40,853 nucleotides of DNA, taken from Candidatus Roizmanbacteria bacterium CG_4_10_14_0_8_um_filter_39_9. Its GTDB lineage: Bacteria > Patescibacteriota > Microgenomatia > UBA1406 > GWC2-37-13. The DNA lies in NCBI GenBank assembly GCA_002784505.1, contig PFLF01000043.1:1-40853 (forward strand), written 5' to 3'. The notes below the pieces were generated by a model that was not told where the DNA came from, did not search any database, and worked only from the letters and a program-made list of their open reading frames with translations. The position numbers and the translations under genes are program-made. Below are positions 32,854 through 40,132 of this stretch, in pieces. The stretch's first letter is position 1. Each line of letters begins with the position of its first letter.

Positions 32854-33635
32854 CCAGCATCATTCTCACGAAGAATGAAGAAACAAATATTGAAAGGGCA
32901 ATCAAGTCCTTGGCATTTTGTGATGAAATTATTGTGGTGGATGATGGATCGACGGACATGACGGTTGAAAAATGTCAAATGACAAATCACCAATCACAAA
33001 TCAATTCTAAAATTCAAATTATTAAACATGAATCAAACGGCGACTTTGCGACGCAGAGAAACTGGGCGATGAAGCAAGCTTCGTACGAATGGATACTGTT
33101 TCTGGATGCAGATGAAGAGGTATCGGATGAGCTTCAAAAAGAGATCATTTCGTCGATTGGCGCCCCTGAGAATGATACTAGTTCCTACTTCTTGAAAAGA
33201 AGGGATTATTTTTGGAGCCAGGAGTTAAAGTACGGCGAAATATTAAAACTGAGAAATCGAGGTCTCATAAGGCTTATTAAAAAAGGAAGCGGAAAATGGG
33301 GGGGGAAAGTACATGAGGAGTTCATCCCTGATCGGCCACTGGTACACCGCGTAGGTGGCCCTTTGGCCTACATAAATCATTATCCGCATCCCACACTTAA
33401 AGAATTTATTTCTGATATAAATGTCTACAGCGGTATCAGAGCGCAGGAACTACATGAAGCACATGTTCAGGCAGGCGCTTTTGAGATGGTTATATATCCT
33501 GTCTTTAAATTTATTTTAAATTATTTTGTCTATCTGGGCTTTTTTGATGGTCCACAAGGATTCGTATATTCATTTCTGATGAGTTTTCATTCTTTTCTTG
33601 TGCGGGCTAAGTTGTATCAGTTAAATACAGATTAA
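32841..33635 (+). CDS. Family 2 glycosyltransferase (paralogue of 25620-26393) with an in-frame heptamer module
   Basis: 'TSIILTKNEETNI', 'IIVVDDGSTDMT', 'FLDADE', 'GKVHEEF...INHYPH' are present. The start overlaps the upstream gene by 13 nt. Confidence 0.85.
   Translation: MQKITSIILTKNEETNIERAIKSLAFCDEIIVVDDGSTDMTVEKCQMTNHQSQINSKIQIIKHESNGDFATQRNWAMKQASYEWILFLDADEEVSDELQKEIISSIGAPENDTSSYFLKRRDYFWSQELKYGEILKLRNRGLIRLIKKGSGKWGGKVHEEFIPDRPLVHRVGGPLAYINHYPHPTLKEFISDINVYSGIRAQELHEAHVQAGAFEMVIYPVFKFILNYFVYLGFFDGPQGFVYSFLMSFHSFLVRAKLYQLNTD
32969..33022 (+). repeat. A/C-rich NNCAAAT heptamer module C, in frame inside the GT2 gene
   Basis: The DNA reads AAATGTCAAAT GACAAAT CACCAAT CACAAAT CAATTCTAAAATTCAAAT. 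It encodes 'KCQMTNHQSQINSKIQI'. The paralogue at 25620 is about 9 aa shorter at exactly this loop ('DNTRAIAKKYKAMIY'). Confidence 0.7.
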
Positions 33636-33648
33636 ACAATCATAATCT

Positions 33649-34818
33649 ATGATAATTTTGTTTCTCTACTACGCAAGCACATTTCTTTTTTTACTCGGTC
33701 AGTTGGGAAGGATGTCGTTTCTCAATCAGCACATCAATATGTATTTTTACGAAATACCCTTTGTATTTCTTTTGGTTGGATTATTTTTTAAATATAAATT
33801 TGAGCCGCTCAGGTACTTTGCAAAGGTCACCATTCCATTAGGAATTTTTTCTTTTTTTATGTTGTTTGGGTTACAACTAAATTCAAACTTGTATCAACCT
33901 CTTGAAAACGCAGTAGCGCTTCTGTATTACTTCAGGCTTTTGACCTACTTGTTTTCAATTCCCTACATAATCTATTATTTTATGACTGAAGTACGCAGTG
34001 TAAGGCATTTACAAAGAGGAATAATGATTATATCGTGCATAACGATTATATCTGCCTTTATACAGTATACTCTTTATCCAAATTTAAGGAATTTACTATA
34101 TCTGGGATGGGACCCACATTTATACAGAGTTTTTGGAGTTTATTTTGAACCGTATTTGGCCGCAGCTGCATTTGGTTTATTTTTTTACTATTTACTTGAG
34201 TTGCACAGTTCTCATAACATATTCAAATATATAAAATATGCGCTGATTGGCCTGAGTTCTGTATTGTTAGGTCTCACATTCTCGAGAATTGCCTATATAG
34301 CTTTTGCGATCGTAACAGTTCTCTATTTAGTATTGAAAAAAAAATGGTTATACATGGGATTATTTCTCATTATGTTTGGTGTGGTTATTGCTCTTATCCC
34401 GAAGCCAGAGGGAGTCGGAATAAATTTGCTTCGTACCTTTTCAATTTTTACCCGGATTGACAATGCAAAACAGGGCGTCGATATCTGGAGGAAAAATCCA
34501 TATTTTGGCGTAGGATATAACCGGGTAGGCTTTGCAAGAGGTGAAAATAGAACAGATATCTATACAGAAGCATCGCATGCCGCATCATCGTTTCATTCCA
34601 GCTTTATTACCATTCTTGCCGCGACTGGGGGAATAGGTTTTTTATTATTCCTGTTTGTTTTATATTCTTTATTCTCTCTTTCATTTCTTTCGGGAATTCT
34701 TCTTGTGTTTATTTCACTGATTTCATTCGGAGATAATGCTCTTCTTCATCCTTTTATTCTATTTTTGTTGATGCAGTTTATAGCAGCTTCGTATGTCAGT
34801 CATCCTTTGCATAAGTGA
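33649..34818 (+). CDS. O-antigen ligase/polymerase-like (Wzy_C) membrane protein
   Basis: The protein has about 10 TM helices. 'LTFSRIAYIAFAIV' and the periplasmic-loop motif 'EASHAASSFHSSFITILAATGGIGF' are typical of the O-antigen ligase family. Confidence 0.7.
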   Translation: MIILFLYYASTFLFLLGQLGRMSFLNQHINMYFYEIPFVFLLVGLFFKYKFEPLRYFAKVTIPLGIFSFFMLFGLQLNSNLYQPLENAVALLYYFRLLTYLFSIPYIIYYFMTEVRSVRHLQRGIMIISCITIISAFIQYTLYPNLRNLLYLGWDPHLYRVFGVYFEPYLAAAAFGLFFYYLLELHSSHNIFKYIKYALIGLSSVLLGLTFSRIAYIAFAIVTVLYLVLKKKWLYMGLFLIMFGVVIALIPKPEGVGINLLRTFSIFTRIDNAKQGVDIWRKNPYFGVGYNRVGFARGENRTDIYTEASHAASSFHSSFITILAATGGIGFLLFLFVLYSLFSLSFLSGILLVFISLISFGDNALLHPFILFLLMQFIAASYVSHPLHK

Positions 34819-35506
34819 CCGTGATTGTTTTTGATTCTGTGTTTCCAACAACATCTTCGGCAACAATTTCAATTTTATTTTCACCTTCTGACAATTTATA
34901 GAGCTGTTGAAAGACTCCCTGAGCATCAACAACCGCGGGTTGGCCGTTGATACGGATAAAGGTTTCCTTATCGGTTTTGCCCGCAATCTTGATTTCCTGT
35001 TTTGAAGATTTTGAATTATCTGAAGGTTCAGTTATTTCAAGATTCGGCTTCTCCGTTTTTAAAACTACGGTAAAGATACGAGATTTTTTAGTTGTCTTTC
35101 CGCTTTTCGACTTCGCGATAACATAAACAGTATTTTCTCCTTTTTCAAGGCCCGAAATCTCCTCAGAAAATACATCTCCCACCACTTGGGCATCCGTCAT
35201 CCTTTCACTATTAACGTAGATTTCAACCTGATCAAAATTTACCGTACTTCCTGAGACAAGTAATCTTGCACTGCTGGTTGCAGGAGGGAGAGGATCAATA
35301 TTGAGGCTTGTCAAGACATTATCACTAATTTCAGTCGTGACTTTTGAAGAGGGAGAGTTTGCAAGTTGGTTTAAAAATAACGATCCATTAACCAACAGTT
35401 TAAAACCAAAAGTAAATAAAAAAACAATAAAGCCAATGGTAAGTGCAACTACCAAAAATAATTGATAGGTGAATTGTTTTTGTCTGTGTTTTTCCAGTCT
35501 TGACAT
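34796..35506 (-). CDS. Membrane-anchored protein with two Ig-like (Big-type) domains
   Basis: The N-terminal TM is 'LFLVVALTIGFIVFLFTFGF'. Two beta-sandwich-like repeats end in 'GENTVYVIAKSKSGKT' and 'GENKIEIVAEDVVGNTESKTITV'. Confidence 0.55.
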   Translation of the reverse strand: MSRLEKHRQKQFTYQLFLVVALTIGFIVFLFTFGFKLLVNGSLFLNQLANSPSSKVTTEISDNVLTSLNIDPLPPATSSARLLVSGSTVNFDQVEIYVNSERMTDAQVVGDVFSEEISGLEKGENTVYVIAKSKSGKTTKKSRIFTVVLKTEKPNLEITEPSDNSKSSKQEIKIAGKTDKETFIRINGQPAVVDAQGVFQQLYKLSEGENKIEIVAEDVVGNTESKTITVTYAKDD

Positions 35507-35509
35507 ATG

Positions 35510-35582
35510 AGCCGACGATCGGAGTCGAACCGACGACCTGCTGTTTACGATACAGCTGCTCTACCAACTGAGCTACATCGGC
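35510..35582 (-). tRNA. tRNA-Thr (anticodon CGT)
   Basis: The minus strand reads GCCGATG TA GCTC AGTTGGTA GAGC A GCTGT ATCGTAA ACAGC AGGTC GTCGG TTCGACT CCGAT CGTCGGC T. All four stems pair, with two G-U pairs. CCA is not encoded. Confidence 0.9.
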
Positions 35583-35602
35583 TTACCGGTCGATTAATTA
35601 TA

Positions 35603-36796
35603 TCAGGCAGAGTGTTCAATTATGAACTTTTTAATGTCAACGTCGGAATTGTTTATCCGAATAGCTTTTTTCAAGATGATATCTTTCCATTTTCGGGCTT
35701 TTTCCAAAGATTCCATTTGACTATTTAAAACAAATTCTTTCATATGCTTTTTAACGAAATCATCATATATTATGGTGCATGTGTAGTCATCGTCCCAAAT
35801 GCCGAAGTCCGGTTCTGTCCCATACTGCTTAATGTCATCAAGCATACACAAATAAACCTGTATTCCTCCCAAGATGTCCAATTTGATCTGTTCAAGAAGG
35901 TTCTTTCTCTTTAAATGAGAAAGTTTTTCTACGAGAACTACTCGAGTAAGGTTTTCCAGTCTTTTTGCAGCCACTCTTCCTTCTTTATAGTATTTTGAGA
36001 GGGGATTCCAATCCTTGGTTCCGCTCATAAAAGTTGCAAATCCGTTTTTTTTCAGGTTTTTAAAATGGAAGTTACCCTCATCATCGATATCCTCCGGCTT
36101 CAGGTGAATGACCGTCGGATATTTACTTCTGATATAGTTTGACGAATGCATATTTGTATAATGCAAAATGTATGTTTGGTATAAGGATAAGTCAAGTCGC
36201 GTAGTGCACAAATCGAAAACAAGAGGAAATTCTCCCAGTTTAACATCTCCGCCCATATGGCCGGCTTTGCGGACAAAAATAATTGAACTGTCCATAGCCT
36301 TTCCGAAAAGGACTGATTGATTCATGTTTACATAAGGGTCACTATCGGAATGAAGCACATATGATACCGGAATGAGTTTTTTTAGTTTTTCAAAATCAAA
36401 TCCAACGGAATAAAACGTCTTGTTGACAAGATCAAATTGCCAAACACCGGGGGGATTCTCAAGAAATGGGCTTACAAAAATTGCACAGTCAAGTTGAATA
36501 TTATATTTTTGTACAACGTGTACGATAAACAATGGTCCGAGTGAATGGCCGACAAAGCAAAGTTTGTCTTTTCCCTCAAGAGTGGATAAAATCTTCTCAA
36601 ATGTTTTAAACCAATTCTGAAGGCTTTGATTTTTAAGAGTCTGGTGAGGACCTTTTTTTGTCATCGCACCCCAGTCTTCTACCGGAAACTTCGGGACGAT
36701 CACTGTTTGACCAAGTTCCTCAAGTTTGCGTTTCAACTGAGGAAACCAATTCTCATCAGGACTTCCAAATGAGCCGTGAAACAGAACGAATTTCAT
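35603..36796 (-). CDS. YdeN/RBBP9-like serine hydrolase fused to a ~200-aa C-terminal domain of unknown function
   Basis: 'MKFVLFHGSFGSPDENWFPQLKRKLEELG' and 'FVGHSLGP' (GxSxG) are present, and the N-terminal half is a paralogue of the next gene. I cannot place the C-terminal half ('...PDFGIWDDDYTCTIIYDD...'). Confidence 0.65.
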   Translation of the reverse strand: MKFVLFHGSFGSPDENWFPQLKRKLEELGQTVIVPKFPVEDWGAMTKKGPHQTLKNQSLQNWFKTFEKILSTLEGKDKLCFVGHSLGPLFIVHVVQKYNIQLDCAIFVSPFLENPPGVWQFDLVNKTFYSVGFDFEKLKKLIPVSYVLHSDSDPYVNMNQSVLFGKAMDSSIIFVRKAGHMGGDVKLGEFPLVFDLCTTRLDLSLYQTYILHYTNMHSSNYIRSKYPTVIHLKPEDIDDEGNFHFKNLKKNGFATFMSGTKDWNPLSKYYKEGRVAAKRLENLTRVVLVEKLSHLKRKNLLEQIKLDILGGIQVYLCMLDDIKQYGTEPDFGIWDDDYTCTIIYDDFVKKHMKEFVLNSQMESLEKARKWKDIILKKAIRINNSDVDIKKFIIEHSA

Positions 36797-36813
36797 AAGG
36801 TAAGTATATCAAA

Positions 36814-37389
36814 TTAGAGCCTTAATTTAACCCGGTCCAATAGCTCAGGAAACTGAGTGAACTTTGGATATGTTGCTACATTAAAATGTCCTGCATTCTT
36901 AAATATATGAATTTCAGCCTTCAACCAATCTGCAATAAATTGTCCTTCGGACACAGGGATCACATCATCGGTTGATTGAAAAACTTCAACATGCCTCACA
37001 AGTTGACGCAGTCTTTTCCATAAGTAGGGCTTTGCTTGAAATGAGTCATATTCAGAGTATATGTCAGGTCTCCACTGATCGTAGTCAACGAATGGACCCA
37101 CCAAAAAAAGACTATCGATTCTAACTCCTAGCTTCGGAAGAAGTTGAAATGTGAAAGAACATCCTCGACTATGAGCGACGAAAATCGTTTTATCATTGAC
37201 TAATGTTTTATATTTATCAAATTCATTCAACCAGTCATCTAAGCTATGTCCCATTTGATCATTTGTTGGAATTTTAAAACGGGGGACAGTAACGCTTTCA
37301 CCCTGTTTTTCTAATTCTGCCTTTAACCACGGAAACCAATTTTCCTGAGGGTTGCCGTAACTGCCATGAATGATAAAAATAGTTCTCAT
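36814..37389 (-). CDS. YdeN/RBBP9-like alpha/beta serine hydrolase
   Basis: 'MRTIFIIHGSYGNPQENWFPWLKAELEKQG', nucleophile elbow 'VAHSRGC', and C-terminal 'DDVIP...NAGHFN' (Asp/His). Confidence 0.7.
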   Translation of the reverse strand: MRTIFIIHGSYGNPQENWFPWLKAELEKQGESVTVPRFKIPTNDQMGHSLDDWLNEFDKYKTLVNDKTIFVAHSRGCSFTFQLLPKLGVRIDSLFLVGPFVDYDQWRPDIYSEYDSFQAKPYLWKRLRQLVRHVEVFQSTDDVIPVSEGQFIADWLKAEIHIFKNAGHFNVATYPKFTQFPELLDRVKLRL

Positions 37390-37390
37390 A

Positions 37391-38284
37391 TTAAAACATC
37401 GTTTCTAACCAGTCAGAAATAGCTTTTATCAATCTACCTTCTGTGCCTATGTAACTGTGATTAGCTTCTTTTATAACTTTAACTGTGAGATCTTTTATTT
37501 TTTTTGATTTTAATACCGCCACAATCGCTTTAACAGATTTTGACTTGCAGGAATGATTGATAAATGTGTCATTTTCGCCAAAGACAACAAGTGATTTTTC
37601 CTTGATATCTTCAAAAGCATTCCAGTTTTTTGAATGAGGATTATGATAGGGATGAAGCGTTCCGGCTCCGTCTTCAACAAGATATCCTGAATACGTTGTT
37701 GCTGACATTGGGCAAATGATGCTCAATTCTGGTGGCAACAGATCCCTACCCTTTCCGTCCTTTATGAGCTTTTTTATTGTTTGATCAATTTCACCGTATT
37801 TTTGATCTCCGTATTTGATCAACATATATCCAGCGTCATTTTGAGGGGATAAATGAATTTGTCCTACGACCTGAGGATTTTTTGCTTTGTATTGATAGTA
37901 CAGAACTTTTTGAGCCCCTAAGCTGTGTCCCTGAAGGATAATTTTTTTTATTCCTTGTTTGGTAAGAAAATCAATCCATGCCTGAATATCTAAAATGCAA
38001 TCTTCAAATGTTTCAAACCCTCCTCCGCATGGGAACCATTCAATCTTTCCTTTTACGTGTTTTCTGATATCCGCGTACACGCCATGGCCTCGGGTATTAA
38101 CCGTTAGAAATGAAATCTTTTTTTTTGAAAGAAGGTGCCCTTCGAGCTCTATAAACTTATGTGTATAAAAGTCACCAGCAGTGCCATGAATATGCAGTAC
38201 AGCAATATCACTTTTGCCTCTTACAAAAAAACCCGCAAGCTCCAGTCCATCTGAAGTAATTGTTCTGACAAGTTGACCCTCCAT
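37391..38284 (-). CDS. Alpha/beta-fold hydrolase (family unresolved)
   Basis: 'VLHIHGTAGDFYTH', 'ILQGHSLGAQKV' (GxSxG), 'FGENDTF' and '...ANHSY' are present. The stop lies 1 nt from the next gene's start. Confidence 0.7.
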   Translation of the reverse strand: MEGQLVRTITSDGLELAGFFVRGKSDIAVLHIHGTAGDFYTHKFIELEGHLLSKKKISFLTVNTRGHGVYADIRKHVKGKIEWFPCGGGFETFEDCILDIQAWIDFLTKQGIKKIILQGHSLGAQKVLYYQYKAKNPQVVGQIHLSPQNDAGYMLIKYGDQKYGEIDQTIKKLIKDGKGRDLLPPELSIICPMSATTYSGYLVEDGAGTLHPYHNPHSKNWNAFEDIKEKSLVVFGENDTFINHSCKSKSVKAIVAVLKSKKIKDLTVKVIKEANHSYIGTEGRLIKAISDWLETMF

Positions 38285-38357
38285 GGGAATATTCTAACAT
38301 CATACATTGTACAAAGCCACACATTTTTTTGTGTTACAGTCAGTAGAGCATAAATAA

Positions 38358-38386
38358 TGTTACAATATCGTATCAATAAGATATTG
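38358..38386 (+). promoter_or_regulatory. Candidate arsR-family promoter (extended -10 TGtTACAAT) overlapped by an inverted repeat (possible autoregulatory operator)
   Basis: TGTTACAAT lies at 38358-38366. CAATATC-N10-GATATTG lies at 38363-38386 and overlaps the -10. Confidence 0.4.
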
Positions 38387-38400
38387 AATAATATAAATAT

Positions 38401-38685
38401 ATGATCGGATGTTGCAGCCCCAAATCACTCAAGTTTTTCAAATCTATAAGCGATAAACATCGTCAATTAATCCTTGCGCTTTTGAAGGTACATAAGAGCC
38501 TTAATGCTTCCGAAATAAGAGAACACATTAAATTGTCTCAGCCAACCACTTCACACCATTTATCATTATTGACTCAAGCTGGGGCAATCGATGCGCAAAA
38601 GAAGGGGAAAGAAGTATTCTACTCACTTAAAACCCAAAATATATCTTCCTGCTGCCTCAGTTTTTTAAAAGATTTACTACATTAA
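38401..38685 (+). CDS. ArsR/SmtB-family metalloregulator with N- and C-terminal vicinal Cys pairs
   Basis: The winged-HTH segments are 'RQLILALL...LNASEIREHIKLSQPTTSHHLSLLTQAGAI...KGKEVFYSL'. Cys4-Cys5 ('GCCSP') and Cys84-Cys85 ('SSCCL') are present. There is no CxC in the alpha3 position. Confidence 0.8.
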   Translation: MIGCCSPKSLKFFKSISDKHRQLILALLKVHKSLNASEIREHIKLSQPTTSHHLSLLTQAGAIDAQKKGKEVFYSLKTQNISSCCLSFLKDLLH

Positions 38686-38696
38686 ATTCTGTAGTT

Positions 38697-38745
38697 ATCC
38701 CCGTGAAGACGGGGATCCAGTCTATATTCACACCTTCGCGGGAAT
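38697..38745. repeat. Pair of GC-rich 20-nt palindromes (ATCCCCGT-GAAG-ACGGGGAT and a degenerate ATTCACAC-CTTC-GCGGGAAT)
   Basis: An 8-bp G/C-rich stem with a 4-nt loop lies 11 nt after the arsR stop. A second, imperfect unit lies 9 nt downstream. The composition contrasts with the AT-rich surroundings. The first unit may act as a terminator stem but has no U-tract. Confidence 0.5.
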
Positions 38746-38785
38746 GACGAGTATCAACGTATCGTGTTTGACATTGTTTTACCTA

Positions 38786-38815
38786 TTGACATATTGAAAT
38801 GTATCGATGTATAAT
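38786..38815 (+). promoter_or_regulatory. Near-consensus sigma70 promoter for the Cys-rich miniprotein gene
   Basis: TTGACA (38786-38791), an 18-nt spacer and TATAAT (38810-38815). A second TTGACA lies at 38768. The SD AGGAGGTGAAA follows. Confidence 0.55.
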
Positions 38816-38840
38816 CAAAACGTGATAGGAGGTGAAACAT

Positions 38841-39014
38841 ATGCATTTTTTTAAACATCTGAAAGGAATTAAGGTGACGGTTGAGAATAAGGGTGAAGAA
38901 CTTCTTATTCACGCAAAAGGATCAAAAGAAGATGTTGCCAACTTGGAAAAAAAGCTGGGTGCAATCAAAGAACTTTGTGGAGGTTGTTGCGGTGAAGAAG
39001 GAGATTGCTGCTAA
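38841..39014 (+). CDS. Small protein (57 aa) with a Cys-rich C-terminal tail (candidate metal-binding or metallochaperone-like protein)
   Basis: The ATG at 38841 sits 7 nt after GGAGGTG; the track's GTG at 38832 lies inside the SD. The tail is 'CGGCCGEEGDCC', five Cys in the last 12 residues. A promoter and a terminator flank the ORF. Confidence 0.6.
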   Translation: MHFFKHLKGIKVTVENKGEELLIHAKGSKEDVANLEKKLGAIKELCGGCCGEEGDCC

Positions 39015-39023
39015 ATGAAATAA

Positions 39024-39054
39024 GCCTGCTGCTAGCGCAGGCATTATTTTATTT
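39024..39054. terminator. Bidirectional rho-independent terminator between convergent genes
   Basis: GCCTGC-TGCTAGC-GCAGGC is followed by ATTATTTTATTT on the + strand and preceded by AAATGAAATAA, which is T-rich on the minus strand. Confidence 0.6.
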
Positions 39055-39798
39055 CCATGCGTCTTGATATATTTTTTCTAGTTTTCGAGCAATTGTCTTT
39101 CCGTCATCTTTTTGATCTACTAAATCTGTTAGGAGTCTAGGCTCACTAAAATAAATTGAAATTAGTCTTGGTCTGAAAAACAACTTACGAATAAATGGAT
39201 GTAAATATGCAACCAGGTCAGACATCCTTGTTCCTTTGATTTGCACAAAAACAACTCTTGTCAGCGGGTTTGTGATCTGTTTTACAAGAAAACCAACTCC
39301 TGCTTTCCAGTGCGAATCATTTAACGCTTTGCCACCACCTCCTGTTGGGAAAATTGAAACCGCATTGCCGTCATTTATCAGTTTTGCGCCCTGTCTTATA
39401 CTTTCCTTATTTCTCAATCTTATTTCGGCGACAGTAAGATTTACGGGTTTTTTCCCATTAATTTGTAAACATAGCGGGTATTCATAGATTTTATGGTTGA
39501 GCTTTCTCACTCTGTAAATTGGCAATAATCTTTCGGTGACCTTCGGACCAAAAATAGCATAATGGGAAAGCCCAATAAAATGAAAGTCTGCCCGGGAAAT
39601 TTGACTGAAAAGCAAAAGACTGTCAAACACTCCTGTATGGTTTGAGATAATTAACAGCGGTCCATCTTCTGGAACATTTCCAATTTTGGAAATTGAAGTA
39701 ACGCCTAAATTGTCCAGGAGCTCAAGAGTTGCTTTTTGCAGCCCAATCTCTATGGTTCTTTGCACCGTGTGCTGCAGTAGGTGTTTGTTGAATATCAT
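39049..39798 (-). CDS. Lysophospholipid acyltransferase (PlsC/LPLAT family)
   Basis: The HX4D motif is 'SNHTGVFDSLLL', and 'SIFPTGGGGK' sits at the position of the FPEGTR-like motif. The size is typical of 1-acyl-sn-glycerol-3-phosphate acyltransferases. Confidence 0.75.
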   Translation of the reverse strand: MIFNKHLLQHTVQRTIEIGLQKATLELLDNLGVTSISKIGNVPEDGPLLIISNHTGVFDSLLLFSQISRADFHFIGLSHYAIFGPKVTERLLPIYRVRKLNHKIYEYPLCLQINGKKPVNLTVAEIRLRNKESIRQGAKLINDGNAVSIFPTGGGGKALNDSHWKAGVGFLVKQITNPLTRVVFVQIKGTRMSDLVAYLHPFIRKLFFRPRLISIYFSEPRLLTDLVDQKDDGKTIARKLEKIYQDAWK

Positions 39799-40132
39799 AA
39801 TTAGTTAAGAAAGTGAGCTCGTTGGTGAACAGAATTAGAACTTTTTACCAGCTGTCCACCAAGAAGTATTATATACCAAACTTTGATAGATAGATTATTT
39901 TCTTTCAAACCCTATGACTGATAAGTTTATCAGATTTTCTAGCACCCCAAGAATAATTTTTTATGTATAAAAACTAAAATTACAACAAAGATCAAACTTA
40001 TTTGATCAAAACTTCATTAAAATCAGTAACATTGGCGACTACGGTGAAAAAAGTGAATCTAAAAAGAAAATAAATCGCCGTAGCCGCCACAACCCACTCA
40101 TCCTCAAAAATTTTTGAGTCGTGCAAACAACA

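Noticed and set aside
35507-35728. 73-aa + strand ORF 'MSRRSESNRRPAVYDTAALPTELHRL...'
   Set aside because: It is the antisense translation of tRNA-Thr ('ALPTELHR' is a classic tRNA-derived artefact), and it overlaps the 3' end of the hydrolase gene.
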